Notes: a model not told the origin generated them from the sequence alone. A stretch of DNA of 63,832 nucleotides, filler included, from Rhabdomonas costata (GCA_019059605.1; 43 parts of 43 records of this genome joined end to end with filler, not necessarily neighbours in it), one strand, 5' to 3'; positions 36,859 to 50,082 are shown, counted from the whole stretch's first letter. Translations and numbers: made by a program.

Positions 36859-39114
36859 GTCCGCACAGGTTTTTGGTGGGAGTCGGATTTTGGCTCAGCA
36901 AGGCAGCCCGATGCGTTGCGGGACAAGTCGTGATTTGGCTATATTGGGTATCCTTCATTTACTGAGTGTGGCTTTGGTTCGTGACTCGAAGCGTTCTGCA
37001 TCATGGGCTCCCTGTGCCCAATTGCAGGCCGTGCTTCAATGAACGCGCTCCCCCCACCCCCCTGATGCCTGTCCTTTTTGTGTTGGGNNNNNNNNNNNNN
37101 NNNNNNNNNNNNNNNNNNNNNNNNNNNNNNNTTAATTAATTAANNNNNNNNNNNNNNNNNNNNNNNNNNNNNNNNNNNNNNNNNNNNTGTTTGTGGGGTT
37201 AAAGATGCATTTGGGGTTCTTGATGTCGGTCGTCACTCCCTCCGGTCGTTCCTCCCTCCTAAATGCGTGGTTCCTTCGCTCCCCGACTGACGTCGGTACG
37301 CTCATCCACTCCTACTCGCTACGCTCGTGTGTTGGGGAGGGATTCGAGAGGATGTGAGAATCCCGACAGAGGAATATCTTGCTGTCGTCAGGATTCCCGA
37401 ACCGCGAAATGGGGGGGGGGGGAGAAGTTTTCCACCCCACCGCAGGTTTCTCATCTTTTTGGCGTCGTGCGTCGAATCTTCATTGCGTTACCAGTTTTAG
37501 GCCAAAAGCATGAATGAGCCCGTGTTCGCATGAGCGTTGTGCAGTTTTTCATCGTTCCCTTTCTTTTCATTTTCACAAAAACCGACGTGCGGGAGTGTCA
37601 AGTTCAGCTGCCCAGCAGGGTTTGCTGCCAAGACAGTGTCCACCGTCTGCTCTTCCCAAGAATGCAATATCTTAGATTGCTGTGGCTTGCCGCCAGTCCG
37701 ACCGTTGCCAGCTTCAGGTCTGTTGCCCGTTTGCTTTGAAAATTTCAGGAGCTCTGCAGTGAACTGGATATGTTCCTTTTTTTAATGTCAAGGTGAGCCC
37801 CAGAAGCTGCTTCGGCGTACCCACCCTGAAGACCTTCCCTTGCCAGAACCATACGAATTCGCCCCTGCTTCAGGTCACCGTTCACACCGTTTCCTTTTCA
37901 TTTCTATTTGGAATGAGAATTTCACGTTCTTTGTTTCGCTTTCGAGCAATTCTTGACCGGGCTCTCAGAAACGCTCCCAAAATGTTGGGATTGCACACGG
38001 CACACACAAGCAACAAACCTTGCATCTTGGACTTAGAGTTCAGCCCGCGAAAGACAGTCACACATCCATTCCATTCAGCACCTTGCCTTTTCCCTTTTCT
38101 CTGCATCAGGCAACGCCACGTGCGGAAGCGCCCACTACACGTGCCCTCCGGGCTTGGTTGCGAAGACTGCAGCAACCGCATGCTCCACGCCTAATTGCAA
38201 CCTCTACGAGTGCTGTTATGGTATACCACCTCTTCCACTGCAAAATAGCAATTTTTTAAGGACAAACTGGCACCATGACAACAACGCAGTCCACAAAATA
38301 CACCGCTTCAATGAAGGGCCCAGAGATTGGCAGTCGGTTTGGTTGAAGAATGCGAGTAATTTGAGCTGCCCATACCTCCCATTCTCGCTTGTGGTTACCT
38401 GGAGAAGATCAGAAACGCTTGAAAGCAAACGTCCATTCTCTCTCTTTTAGCTTTGCGGCGAGTTTGTGAGAAGAACTTTGTGTGCCCTTACAACCACGTG
38501 AGTAAGGGTGCGAACATCCCTTGCGCTTCCGCGGCGTTCTGCACCTACAGGGACTGACCCCAACCCCNNNNNNNNNNNNNNNNNNNNNNNNNNNNNNNNN
38601 NNNNNNNNNNNTTAATTAATTAANNNNNNNNNNNNNNNNNNNNNNNNNNNNNNNNNNNNNNNNNNNNATGGGGGCCAGCAGGTGCCTGGTTGGGGACATA
38701 TACTCATCCGAAAAAAACGGTGCCAACGATGCAAAAGGGAACGAAAGTTGCCTTCTGGTCGTGGGCACCATCCGCGCAAATGCACTTACCTTACCCACAA
38801 TAGCATAGAGAGATGAAGACCCTCACGCCTCGCCCTTCTTGCCCCCCCACCCCACCCCGTTATCTAATTCGCCCTGAGTGTATTTTGTTCCACATCGGAT
38901 TGAAAAGAAAACTAAGAAATAACCTGTTTAAAGCCACACAGGGAAGTGCAAACGATTCGAGGAGGCAAAAAACCTCAAAAAAGTGCTCAACCACTACAGG
39001 GGGTTTTTGGTATTCCACAGGCGTGCCGGTCCGTACATAAGAAAATTGGCAGTCCGCAGTGGTCTGGATGGATGTTCTGGTGAACTTGTCCCACAGGATG
39101 GTGGGGCTCCATAC

Positions 39115-39971
39115 CTTCACCTCTGTCATGTTGACCACCTCCACCTTGAAGGCCGACACCTCTTCAATGAACTCCACGTACTGCAGCAGAGACTTTTTCA
39201 CCAAGGCATGCAGAGTGTCCTCCATCTGAGGTAAAAATAACACAGATGGGTCTCCTTCCCCAGCCAACAGCCCACCCGTGGAGCCCTACTTTGCATGGCG
39301 CATTAAGATCCGATCACAAACACCAGCAAAAAAAATGCACTTCTTTCGACCTCACGCGTTAAATGGGGCGTTTTCAGTCCGCGTCAATCCCTTCGAACCG
39401 AACCCATTGCGTTGCCCCGTCGCAAACCTTAAGAATTGCAGAACCACCTGGTGTTCCTAGAATTCTAGTCCCTGGAATCACAGCTGAGAAAGAGAAAGAC
39501 GAAAGCGGCGAAGCCATCAAATAGCGCGCATCTGCACTCAGCCATTCAACGATTAAAGCTCGAGCCAAAAGTCGCACTGATCGCTCACCCTGAGAGACTT
39601 GCAACGCTCAAGTAGCGAGGCCCATGCGCGCATGTCCGTACCATGAACTTTACAGTTGTCATCAGGCGCTTCAGCTTGCTCACCTCGTAAATCTCCTTGG
39701 TGCGGACTTGTAGGGAGAGCCAGCCCTGGAACCACGAAATCACAAGCAATCCGCGAAATCAGCAGAAAGCGGGGAGGGAGGGGGGCTGTCATCATTTCAG
39801 GTGCGAACATCTTGGAAAAATGAAAAGCAGGCGGGAGAAGTCATTGACACCTTGCCGACGCCCGAGAGGCCCTGCAGCAGAATTCGGCGGATGGCGTCCT
39901 TCCACGGGCCCTTGAGATAGGCCGATGTCTTTTCCAAGGCCTGCACCTGCAGCTGCTCAAACTCCTCAAGC
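39115..39971 (-). CDS. Axonemal inner-arm dynein heavy chain (DNAH1-like) N-terminal stem, three exons (39971-39851, 39725-39642, 39225-39115)
   Basis: W...I...L.GVGK|GWLSLQVRTKEIYEVSKLKRLMTTVKFM|MEDTLHALVKKSL resembles the DNAH1 tail pattern VGKGWF...Y..SKLK...M.D.L..LV..SL. Confidence 0.85.
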
Positions 39972-41938
39972 CTGAAGAGCCCCCACACACAAACACACAC
40001 ACGCAAAGCACACGCGCCGCACACGCCAGATCTCCTTGCAACCCCAACCCACNNNNNNNNNNNNNNNNNNNNNNNNNNNNNNNNNNNNNNNNNNNNTTAA
40101 TTAATTAANNNNNNNNNNNNNNNNNNNNNNNNNNNNNNNNNNNNNNNNNNNNGGGGGTGGGGGGTGGGGGTGTCAGAGCCTGACTGATTTATGCCCTCCA
40201 CCGCTTCAGCGGAGAAGGACATTCCCTCCAATCCGAGTGGCCCGAACAGCTCGAGAAGGGGCAGCGAAAGAACGGGACAAGTGCTCACTGCCTCGCAACA
40301 GTCAGTGAGTTTTGCCGCGTACTCTCCGAAGGCTTGCAGGTCCCACGAAAGAGCCCAGATTGCACAGTCCCTCACCAAACGAAACCTGCCGAAACATCTG
40401 CTGGAGAGGGGAGAAAATCCCCCACGGGACCCCACACCACACACGTTTGCAGGTTCAAGGACACCCCTACCGAGTTGGCACGTGGAACAAGAAGGCGCTC
40501 CTGGTGCCATTTCCGGAAGTGTGAACGGCAGTTCACTGGCACATAAGACCCCTACCCCCACTTGCAGCGGAGTAAGAGAATCGATGAGTTGGTCCAGGCT
40601 ACTTGACGCAATGGAATTGGCGTCAGTGGCGTGAGTGGGGATCAACAAGGCTGATGGGGAAAGAGGTCGCACTTGGCCGCACCAAGAGACCGAGAGGCGG
40701 TATGGGTGGGATCGAAAAACGCTCAGTATTTTTTTTTACTTTAATAAAATATAAAAACTATAATAATAGAAATGAATGAAAAGCGGTTTTGTTTTTATGA
40801 AAATAAACAGCTCCATTTACAGCCTTGCACACTTGCACTGCAAAACAATTGCCCCGACCTGGTTGCCCCACTACGCCAGGGCCTGGGTTGACTGCGTCCA
40901 CACGTCCACACACCCCTTCTACCATGGATTTGTGGAGAGATCCTGTGCCCATCGTGCTGACCATCTTGCAGCAGCCGGTTTGCAAGCGACACCACCGCGC
41001 AGGACGACGAGGCCGTGAATGCAGTCGACATCCACGTAAATATAGATTGAGATAGAGGGATGACTGGGACCCCGCGTGTATTGTAGAGTCAGTCCTCCGA
41101 AACGTTTTTTTAGCACTCTCCCTCCCTTACACACTGTGTCACTCTTTGCAGCCTCACCCTTACCACTCTTTGTCCCGCAGTTCAATGAGCAGTGAGCTCC
41201 GCACACGCCTCCCGTACCCCCTTCCGTCTTTTCATCTCTTTCTTGTGTTCCTTGTGTTGTTTGCTGTTTGCTGTTTGCAACGTGCCGTTTGTACGTGGGA
41301 ATTTCATTGAACAGTGGTGACGCTGGGCAGTGGTACATATTTGAAAAACGTTTGCGAAAAAAGAATGCCGTTGCTGACACTTGAAACTGGCAGAGACAAG
41401 CGATTTACAAGAAGGAACGCTAGAGAAATCGGAGGGGGAAAGCAAATCTACAAAGACTGAAAGTTACGATGAGTTGAGAATTGGGCACCGAATTAGCACA
41501 AACGAAGAGAAGACCAAGGACAGAATGACAGAACAAAANNNNNNNNNNNNNNNNNNNNNNNNNNNNNNNNNNNNNNNNNNNNTTAATTAATTAANNNNNN
41601 NNNNNNNNNNNNNNNNNNNNNNNNNNNNNNNNNNNNNNGGGGGGGGGGGGGGGGGGAGAATGGCGCGCTTTTGAGAGACCTGCTGACCCAGATCACCATT
41701 GGCCAAGTCCTCTGTCGAACATTTGTCGGGCAAAGGGGATGTACTAACAGTGCTTGTGTGAGAGGCTAGTTTGGTGTAGTGGACGGCGGTATTGCGTTCT
41801 AAGTATCCCTCCAAGGCGGCGAACAGTGACTCGAGTGAGCTGGCATGCTGATCCGTTACCCAAGGTGCCATCTCTCCCGATTGGGCTCTTCCTAGGGCCT
41901 TCGGTGTGACGTGGAGAGTGAGCTGCTCCCTTCCACGA

Positions 41939-42804
41939 AGTTCCACCTCTGCCCTCACACGGACGTCATCACGGACATGGACCTGCTGCCGTCGCAGTTC
42001 CGGCTGTGCACGGCCTCTCTGGACAGCACCTTGAAGCTGCTGGACCTCTCCAAGTGCGGAGCCGCTCTGTCCCTTTCTCTCTCTCCCTCGTTTCCGCGTA
42101 CCTCGTCATGTCTCCCTCAGTCAAGTGAGACTCATTTTCTATCAGGCTCAACCGAACTCTCGGAAATCGCCCTTACTAAAAAAGTTGTCCGGTGGTGGCA
42201 ATGTGAATTCCAAGAGAACAGCCGTGTTGCATTGCTTTGCAGAGACCTTTTTTCTGAGTCCAGAGCAAAGGAAGGAGCAAGGAGTGACCTTAGATGGGAG
42301 GAAATGGCGTGTTTGGTTTTGGGAATGTCACCAGCAGCCGACGATCCACTGCCGCTGTCACACACCAAAACTGTCTCTATCTATGGGGGGGGGGTGCAGG
42401 GTGTTCGGGCTGATTTCTTTTTCTCATTTTATCGTTGGCAACGAGCGACATGAGACAACAAATGAGGTGCTGGATCCACCAAATCACAAAGTTGGCATGC
42501 ACGTATATTTATGAGCAATGGGACATAAAAGGGAGGGAGAAGAGGGGGGACAGAAAGGGAAAGTCCATTACGTAAACCAATAACCCCTTCCCTCGAGTTT
42601 CTCTCCTTGTCACTGCACAATGGGTGGATGCAGTGGGGAGGTCGTGTGCAACTTCGGCGCCGGGATGCCCCCGACGAGGCGGCACCACCAAGGGGTGTGC
42701 AGCGTGTCTTACTCGCCGGACTACAACGTCATCGTCAGCGCAGGGTTCGAGTTGGAGCCCCTGCTGTGGGTCCCCATCGCTGTCAAGAACCAATGCGTCG
42801 GAAA
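41939..42804 (+). CDS. WD40-repeat protein (WDR49/WDR64-like), two exons
   Basis: HTDVITDMDLL...LCTASLDSTLKLLDL|...HHQGVCSVSYSPDYNVIVSAGFELEPLLWVP. GT-AG intron at 42054-42633. Confidence 0.8.
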
Positions 42805-43661
42805 GTGTGTATTTGTTGACGTTATCGGGCGCAGTGGACAGAACCCAGCACGATTCATACCACCATTTGCTGGGGTGCAGATGGTGCAGAGAGCATCTTC
42901 TGGCATCACTTGATCACTTGGACCACTTCTCTTTCATGTGAATGGTAGTGTCAGGCCTCGTCTTGGACGAGTGTTGCTTATGTTATACATCCTGCTTGCA
43001 AGGACCTTTTAGTCCCCCAACCCCNNNNNNNNNNNNNNNNNNNNNNNNNNNNNNNNNNNNNNNNNNNNTTAATTAATTAANNNNNNNNNNNNNNNNNNNN
43101 NNNNNNNNNNNNNNNNNNNNNNNNGTGGTGGGTGTGTTTGGTGGGGGTGTGGAAGCAAAGGAGGCCTGAACAGGCATGCGTGTAAAGAACAGTCAGGCGC
43201 GCCTTGGGTCGAAGCGCTGGCACCAGCAAGCCAATGAGAATAAGAGAAATGGGGGTTTAAAATGAAGTCACAGCGCGGTCGGAGCAGGGAGTGGAACGGC
43301 CACGAAGCGAGTCCAGGAGGTCCTTGGAAGCGGCGAGCAGAGATAAGGCTACTTTGGGAGTTCTGGTTTGGCGATCAGCATACGTCTTGCAAAGGCATGC
43401 TTGCAACAGTTTATCTCTTCAATCTAAGTCTATCTGGAAAGTTGCGATGCTCTGCTTATTGCAATACCACCGTTTCGCCACTATATACCATTTGTAAGAC
43501 ACACGCGTACCGCAGGTGGAAGTCGGGGTGGGGCACACAACCGAGGGAATAGCTAACTAAGAACTCACTACTGAAGTCCACTCATCACCACAATTAACTA
43601 AAAAAACTTCAACGCCAACAACATCCTCCTCCCACTCGACAACGCAGAGACACGAACGCAC

Positions 43662-43844
43662 CGGAGCAGCCCGACAGCACAAAAGTCCCGTGGGTAGTAT
43701 TGCACCTCACGGTGGGGGTGCCACCATAGCCCGAGGCACAGGACAGCCCACTGCAGCTTCCACCAGTCACATATCCAGAACTGCAGCCGGAGCCGGAATA
43801 GCTATACCCCAACGGCAGCGGGCTGGGCAAGGTGCACGTCGGCA
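43662..43844 (-). CDS. Cys/Gly/Ser-rich extracellular repeat exon
   Basis: PTCTLPSPLPLGYSYSGSGCSSGYVTGGSCSGLSCASGYGGTPTVRCNTTHGTFVLSGCS, bounded by AG and GT. Confidence 0.65.
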
Positions 43845-44416
43845 CTGTACGCATGTGCCACAGAGGAAAACTAGGAAGGGGTGAGCCCGCGACCCGGATA
43901 ACGCGGCAGGATAGCAGACTAAGGGACTATCAGTATCGAAAAAGAATGGGCACCGAAGAAATACACCCGCTGGGCAGCACTCGCCCCTCACCGGTCAGGA
44001 AAGTCGACCCAAAAATACAACCAGATGACAGCTGACTTCCACCCCAACACCGCGGAAAGGTTTGAGTGCTTTCCTCTGGAGATACATAAAACTGCACTGC
44101 ATGATGGGGTTGGGAGAAATCACACCAGCACAGCAATCAGTCCTGGTGCACGGAGAGCCGAAGCAATACGACGAGTAGGGTACCCAAAGTAGCGCACTGT
44201 TGGTGCATGTCGAAGACGCGAAGTTGCAGCAAAGCAGAGCTGAAAAGGAGTAAAACACCTCCAAGTCACTGCTGCGTAGTTCGCGGCCGCCCATGTGTGC
44301 TGATAAAGTGAAGCACTGGACGACAACTGCCACCTCCGCAAATCAAACGGAAACGTGCACTTGAAACTCGAACCAAAACGCATTCCTAACCCTAACTCAA
44401 AAATTGACCCCCAAAA

Positions 44417-44497
44417 CTAACCCTAACCCTAACCCTAACCCTAACCCTAACCCTAACCCTAACCCTAACCCTAACCCTAACTCTAACCCTAACCTAA
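44417..44497. repeat. Telomere-type (CCCTAA)n tract, 10 perfect copies at 44421-44480 with degenerate flanks
   Basis: Visible directly in the sequence. Confidence 0.95.
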
Positions 44498-44879
44498 CTC
44501 CAACCAGTACCCCCANNNNNNNNNNNNNNNNNNNNNNNNNNNNNNNNNNNNNNNNNNNNTTAATTAATTAANNNNNNNNNNNNNNNNNNNNNNNNNNNNN
44601 NNNNNNNNNNNNNNNTCCAACTGGCTTAGCATGCTGGACTTCATGAATATCGCCATAAACAATGCCACTCGGAAGCAAATATATCAGTCATTATTTCTTG
44701 AAACTGTGCTACAACAAGAGTTCTTTCTTAAAATTTTCAACCTCGGCGATGAGTTTAAGTGCACTTTTACGGAGCTGTTGCAAAATATGACGAATCTCAC
44801 TTATATGATGGTGAATGGTGAAAAATGTCACTGTTTTGCAACTTCCCCCTTGCCAGCATGAAGAGGAAAGTCCACTTAC

Positions 44880-45410
44880 ATTGTGGGAGCAGTGCATGGG
44901 GATTGTAATCCCCATGGGACAGTGCCACGTTGCCACGGAGTTGTAGTAGGGAGCCTGAACCAAATGAGCCTGTCCGTTACCAGCTTTGAATTTCTTTGAA
45001 TTCTCACCATCGTTTTGTGAGGACGTGATGCTGTGCCCAAAGGTGCTCTTGGCAATCTTCCATAACATTTGTATCGTTCCTCAAATGGACTTATTTGCCA
45101 GCCGACGGCATCATCAGCTTTACACCGTTATTTTTGAATCACCTTGAAGACAGTGAGGACAAAGGCTACAATGCATTCAACTATCACTGTGGAGCCCACC
45201 AGATCCTCTTTTCCAATCCCCCATGGTCCCTTGTAAATAAGATGTTTGCCCAAAATTTGGCTGAAAAGAGTTGGGTGCTGCTGGACCGATGCGCTTTGGT
45301 ACCGAAAGCTCAGAAGACTACGACGGGATCGGCATTACTAAAGGCAGTCGTTGTTTTTGGATGAAAACAGCACGGTAAGACGGCAGCACCGTTGGAAGAC
45401 GGTCTTCCTG
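44880..45410 (+). mobile_element. Decayed DIRS-like retrotransposon: RNase H C-terminus plus N6-adenine methyltransferase-like domain
   Basis: LWEQCMGIVIPMGQCHV (RNase H end), then MDLFASRRHHQL (45085) and GYNAF...LFSNPPWSLV (NPPW at 45215). This is the DLFAS...DAF...PP signature of the DIRS MT domain. Frameshifts and stops are present. Confidence 0.7.
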
Positions 45411-46344
45411 TGAAATATTAAACCTGCACAGGATTGCGGTAAATTCCGACCCAAGAATACCGTAAGGCAATAGGCCGTTCCAATGCCACCCATTTAGTTG
45501 GGCAATCTGCTGCTAAACTCCCTCCCCCTGTGGCACGTACCGTCCGCTTTGCCCACGCGTTCTTTTCCCGCTATCCCACGCACACGCAAACACACACACA
45601 CACACACACACGAAGAAGGTAACGAGGCCGCTTGCCTGGGGGGAGGTTGTACCGTGAACTTCCCAAGGCCTGGTGGAGGACAGCCCTTTGCACACCGGGA
45701 TAATCCATCCGTAAAGCCATCTTCCGGCCGGCTTCGTCTCAATAACGAATAAAAGGCACACGCTCGCTAACGGTGCTCACAGTCGCTACTTTTGATTCCA
45801 AAAAACTGGAAATTAAAACGCAGGAATTCGAAATACTTTCTCCATTTCCTATTTTTCCTGTTTTTGACTTCGTTTTGTGCGGTTAAAATCAACGAACTAG
45901 GGAAACGATAACTGCGTCAGACTAATTTGAAATTTTTGATTGTCAAAATAAAAACTGTCAAAAACAAGGGCCATGATGCAAATGACTGTGAACCCAACCC
46001 CNNNNNNNNNNNNNNNNNNNNNNNNNNNNNNNNNNNNNNNNNNNNTTAATTAATTAANNNNNNNNNNNNNNNNNNNNNNNNNNNNNNNNNNNNNNNNNNN
46101 NTTTTTGGTTTTGATTGAATTCTCTATCCCCACCCCAGACTTAAAGAATTCAATCAAAACAAAAATTTTCTTGGCACTGCAGCAAAGTTTAAAACTGCTG
46201 CTTGAGTGGTGATGGCTTTCTAATGGGCTCTCCAGAGCCATTCACCAGAGGAGTGAAGGAAGCTTAATTCAAGCGCCAGCTTTAATTCAAGCTCCGCCGA
46301 GTTTTGCCACATTGAACAGGACAAAGAATGATGAACAATGTTAC

Positions 46345-47487
46345 CCTTGCAATATTTCGCGACAAATTCGAGTAAGTTCCCTCCGTGCCGAAGTTGTCGT
46401 ACAAGTTGGGAACCCTGTAAGGTGTTCCTAAAACGAGACACATGACACAAAAGCACAAGCCAAAGTTGAAAGGACAAAAAAAACAAGAACTGAAGTGAAA
46501 CATACCGATGCAATTGAACACCATGTGGGATCTGTCCACGACTCTGGTCAGCCGATCAAAATCAGCAGGATTGTACAGTATTGGGAAAACTTGCCCTGAA
46601 CAAGGAGAGTAAACAAAATATGCACGTTTGCCATTTTGACACCAATTGTTGAAAACAACAGGCACTGCAGCTGGCAACAGACAACCTTGTTCTCCCAGTA
46701 CCCGCAGGTTGCGGTGGTCGCGAACATAAGTGGTGTTCATTCCGAGAACATTTGGTCTCACAGGGCAGACAACCTGGGCTCCGCGATTTGCTGAAACAAA
46801 CAAAAAAGTGTGTCGAAGGTTAACAGCCATTCACAATTTCGAACAAAAGGAACTCTATTTTTTTTATAAAAAAATTTATGCTTAGCTTCCGCCAACTACA
46901 GACACAACTGTCCCCACGTCAAAGGAGGAAAGGAGGAATACAGTGCTTGTGGCGGGTTGGTTTGAGTTTGAGGCTGCTGCCACACAGCCTTTGCGCAAGA
47001 TTGTTTTTTGGATCTTTTTATTAGAAATCTGTCTCGACAGTGGGGGTCACGCAGTGAGCAGGCACAACACATGAAGCTGTGTTTTTGGTGTACCAAATTG
47101 ACACGAACTATAGCAGATGCTGGCGGATCCACATACAAGTCACTGAAACTGCCTTCCTTTTCTGTTTCTTTCCTTGTTTTTTCCTTCTTATTCACACAGA
47201 AAGCCTTTTAGTTTCATTCAAGAAGCCTCCTGCGGGGTACTCCATAGCAAACCCTTCTTGAGGTAACAGGAAGTAACCGAAACAGTGGAATTCTAATGAC
47301 TTAAATGTAGAATGTTCCCAGGCACACAGCGTACCCAAGGCTTGCACAACTTGCATTCCAAGAAATCCATCCAAACGATTCATACGCGAAGCAACCAGTC
47401 ACAAGTCAATGAAAGACCATACCCCTCTCACATTCCAAATGTAGCGAGCGGTCGGTGTCCGCGTATGCGGAAGAGAGAGATGCGCCA
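46345..47487 (-). CDS. NDUFA9: NADH dehydrogenase (complex I) 39 kDa subunit, about five exons
   Basis: DGFLGMQVVQAL|ANRGAQVVCPVR...LRVLGEQG|QVFPILYN...VVDRSHMVFNCIG|...NIAR follows the NDUFA9 SDR fold. Three GT-AG introns join in frame. Confidence 0.85.
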
Positions 47488-47942
47488 NNNNNNNNNNNNN
47501 NNNNNNNNNNNNNNNNNNNNNNNNNNNNNNNTTAATTAATTAANNNNNNNNNNNNNNNNNNNNNNNNNNNNNNNNNNNNNNNNNNNNGGGTTGGTGTAGG
47601 ATCGAAACCCGATGCGAATACAAATCCTGGTCCCCAGGCTAGAAGAGTGCGATGGTATCCGTCGGAATAGGCTGCCAGTGTCCGTCCGTGTGGCACACCT
47701 AACACCCATTCTTGAGGATGAGATTTTTTTCGGGTTTTTTGAATGAGTGTATCGGCCGAAAATGACAGTCGTCCAAGGGGTAAGGGAGGGTTATGACGTT
47801 CGTCCAAAGCGTGGAGAGGGACATACTCTTTCTGTAGTTAGCCAGGGGGGAGGGGGAGGGGAGTCAAGAAGTCTCTGTCTGACAAATTACCAGACCACTA
47901 ACCTCACCCAGAGTCGCCTGCATCGTTCTAGTCCCTTTTGAG

Positions 47943-48549
47943 ACGAATCCTCGGAAGCACCGGAGATACGTGCATCACCATCCTCAACGGGAATACGCTG
48001 ACCCCACCTCTCAGCGCCCAACCTGCGCTTCTCATTCTTTCAGGGCATGCCGATGCCGTGACGACACTTTGCTCTGCATCTAACACCGAGGTTCGATGCC
48101 CCGCTCAAATACAAACATACTCACTCCCGATTTTTTCAACCCGGGTGGGTGCCCGGACCGGTTCGGTTTTTTCTCCACTCTCAAGAGTCTCGATATCGTC
48201 CAAACGCTTCTGGTTGCCCTTATTCCTGAACAGCCGCGTGGAAAACCGGGTCAAGCGTGACCGAGCACTCGCATTATTATCCATCTCACATTTCCGCGGT
48301 GCTGACGGTGATGACGAGAGAGCAGACAAGCGCTAGAATGGATGCGTTTGTTGCCTTGTGGCTCTACTCTTACTTCCTCTCCCAAACTCGCACAGAGTCA
48401 TTCACATGTGACCCGCATGTGCCTGCGCCCGTGGTATCGTTCTTGATGTTGATGGTTGCTTCTTGTCGCTGTTTGCTTCAGTTGTACAGCGGGTCCTTCG
48501 ACAGCTCTGTGCGGTGCTGGGACGTCGACGGGGTCCGAGACAAGATCCG
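47943..48549 (+). CDS. WD40-repeat protein, two exons
   Basis: LSGHADAVTTLCSASNTE|LYSGSFDSSVRCWDV. Confidence 0.8.
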
Positions 48550-50082
48550 GTGCGGCCCCAGCCTCAGTCGCCTTACCCCACCTCTCGTCTGCGCCGCGTT
48601 TCCTTTACAGCACAGCATTAACCTGCCCTGTGGCCTGTCCAAGAAAGAGGCCTCGTCATGAGAAACCATTCCTATCATCAGCCACTCGGAGCCCCGAGCT
48701 CGCCCATCTAACAAAACAAAGAGTAGCCGCTAACGGGCAAAACCCCCCAGCCAGGAGCGAACGAATCGCCCTGCACAGTTGTGGGAGGTTTGCTTCGCTT
48801 CGGTAACTCTAGGGCCACGATTAGCCTAGCTTTTTTAGAATTTACAAAAACGCACATTTTTGGGCGGAAAGTGGGGAAGCTGAACAACGGTGCGGCACCG
48901 CCGAGTTTTGTGCGGTGTTCAGCATGCTGTTGCACAATTTTGGCCAGGTCACCTCAAAATGTCACAACAAAAANNNNNNNNNNNNNNNNNNNNNNNNNNN
49001 NNNNNNNNNNNNNNNNNTTAATTAATTAANNNNNNNNNNNNNNNNNNNNNNNNNNNNNNNNNNNNNNNNNNNNGGTGGTTTTTCTGTCACCTTTTCTGTT
49101 CTTGTTTGTTCATTGTGAGTGCAGGTTGTGCTGTGAGCGCAGGTAATGTGCTGTGCTGCTCATCGTTTGCAAAGTTTTCGGGATTGTCATCCCTTCTGCC
49201 GAGTTTCCTCGACAACTGTCTGCCTGCCGCGTTTTGTTTGCGGCAAATTCTTGAAATTGCGGAGAAACTAAGAACTGAACCTCAAACTGAAAAAGGGCGG
49301 GCGGCTTTTCGTTGCTTTATTTTTGCATATTGGTGCTCACCACGTTCTTCGTTGTTTGGCGAGCGGCTGTCGTCGCTGCTTTCACTGAGATAAAGAATCC
49401 CTTCTTGCGTTGGCAAAGGAATGGGAACGTGGGCAACAGTTGTGGGGAATTTTAGTCAGGGTTGTCGTAAATTTAATCTTGATTAAATTCTTTGTTTAGC
49501 GAAATATCAAAGCACTGCGGCATGCGGCACGTGTGTCAGCGCAGCACAAATGAAATGATAAAATCACTCTCGAGGGCAAACGTGATAGAGAGGGCAATGG
49601 GAAAGCAGTCTTCTGTATATTCTGAAACGCTGCGTGGCCGGTCCTTGGGGTCAGGGTTTCCTGACCTTTCTTGGCCGGTTATCTCTTTTGTTTCCCTTTT
49701 GTGCCCCACTCATCTACACTCACTACTCCACAACTCGACGCTAAGCTTTTGGCGAAACCACAACAAACAAAAAAGCCGGGAACTTCGCGTCACCGTTTGG
49801 AGAAAGACGCAACTTCACGCCGCGTGGGGGCCATCCCACATGTCAGGGGGCCTCGCTCATTGCAATCCACAGCGCGGCCCTGAGGGCCTTCTGGACCGAG
49901 AGGTGCGTGACACGCCACGCGCCACGCGCTGAACTCTGTGATACTCTGATTGCGTTCTGTTTGGGCTGCGGCCTGATCTGCTGTGAGCGGTGGTGAAAGG
50001 TGCTGAAAGGTGCTGAAAGATAGATGGCTTGCTTGGCGTTCTTTTTTCTCCAGCCCCACTTCTCTCTTTTTCACCCAAGACA

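Noticed and set aside
37640..38200. Possible tyrosine recombinase remnant on the minus strand (VFRVG ... DWRQ ... LRY)
   Set aside because: It needs several frameshifts and the motif matches are too short to support without a profile search.
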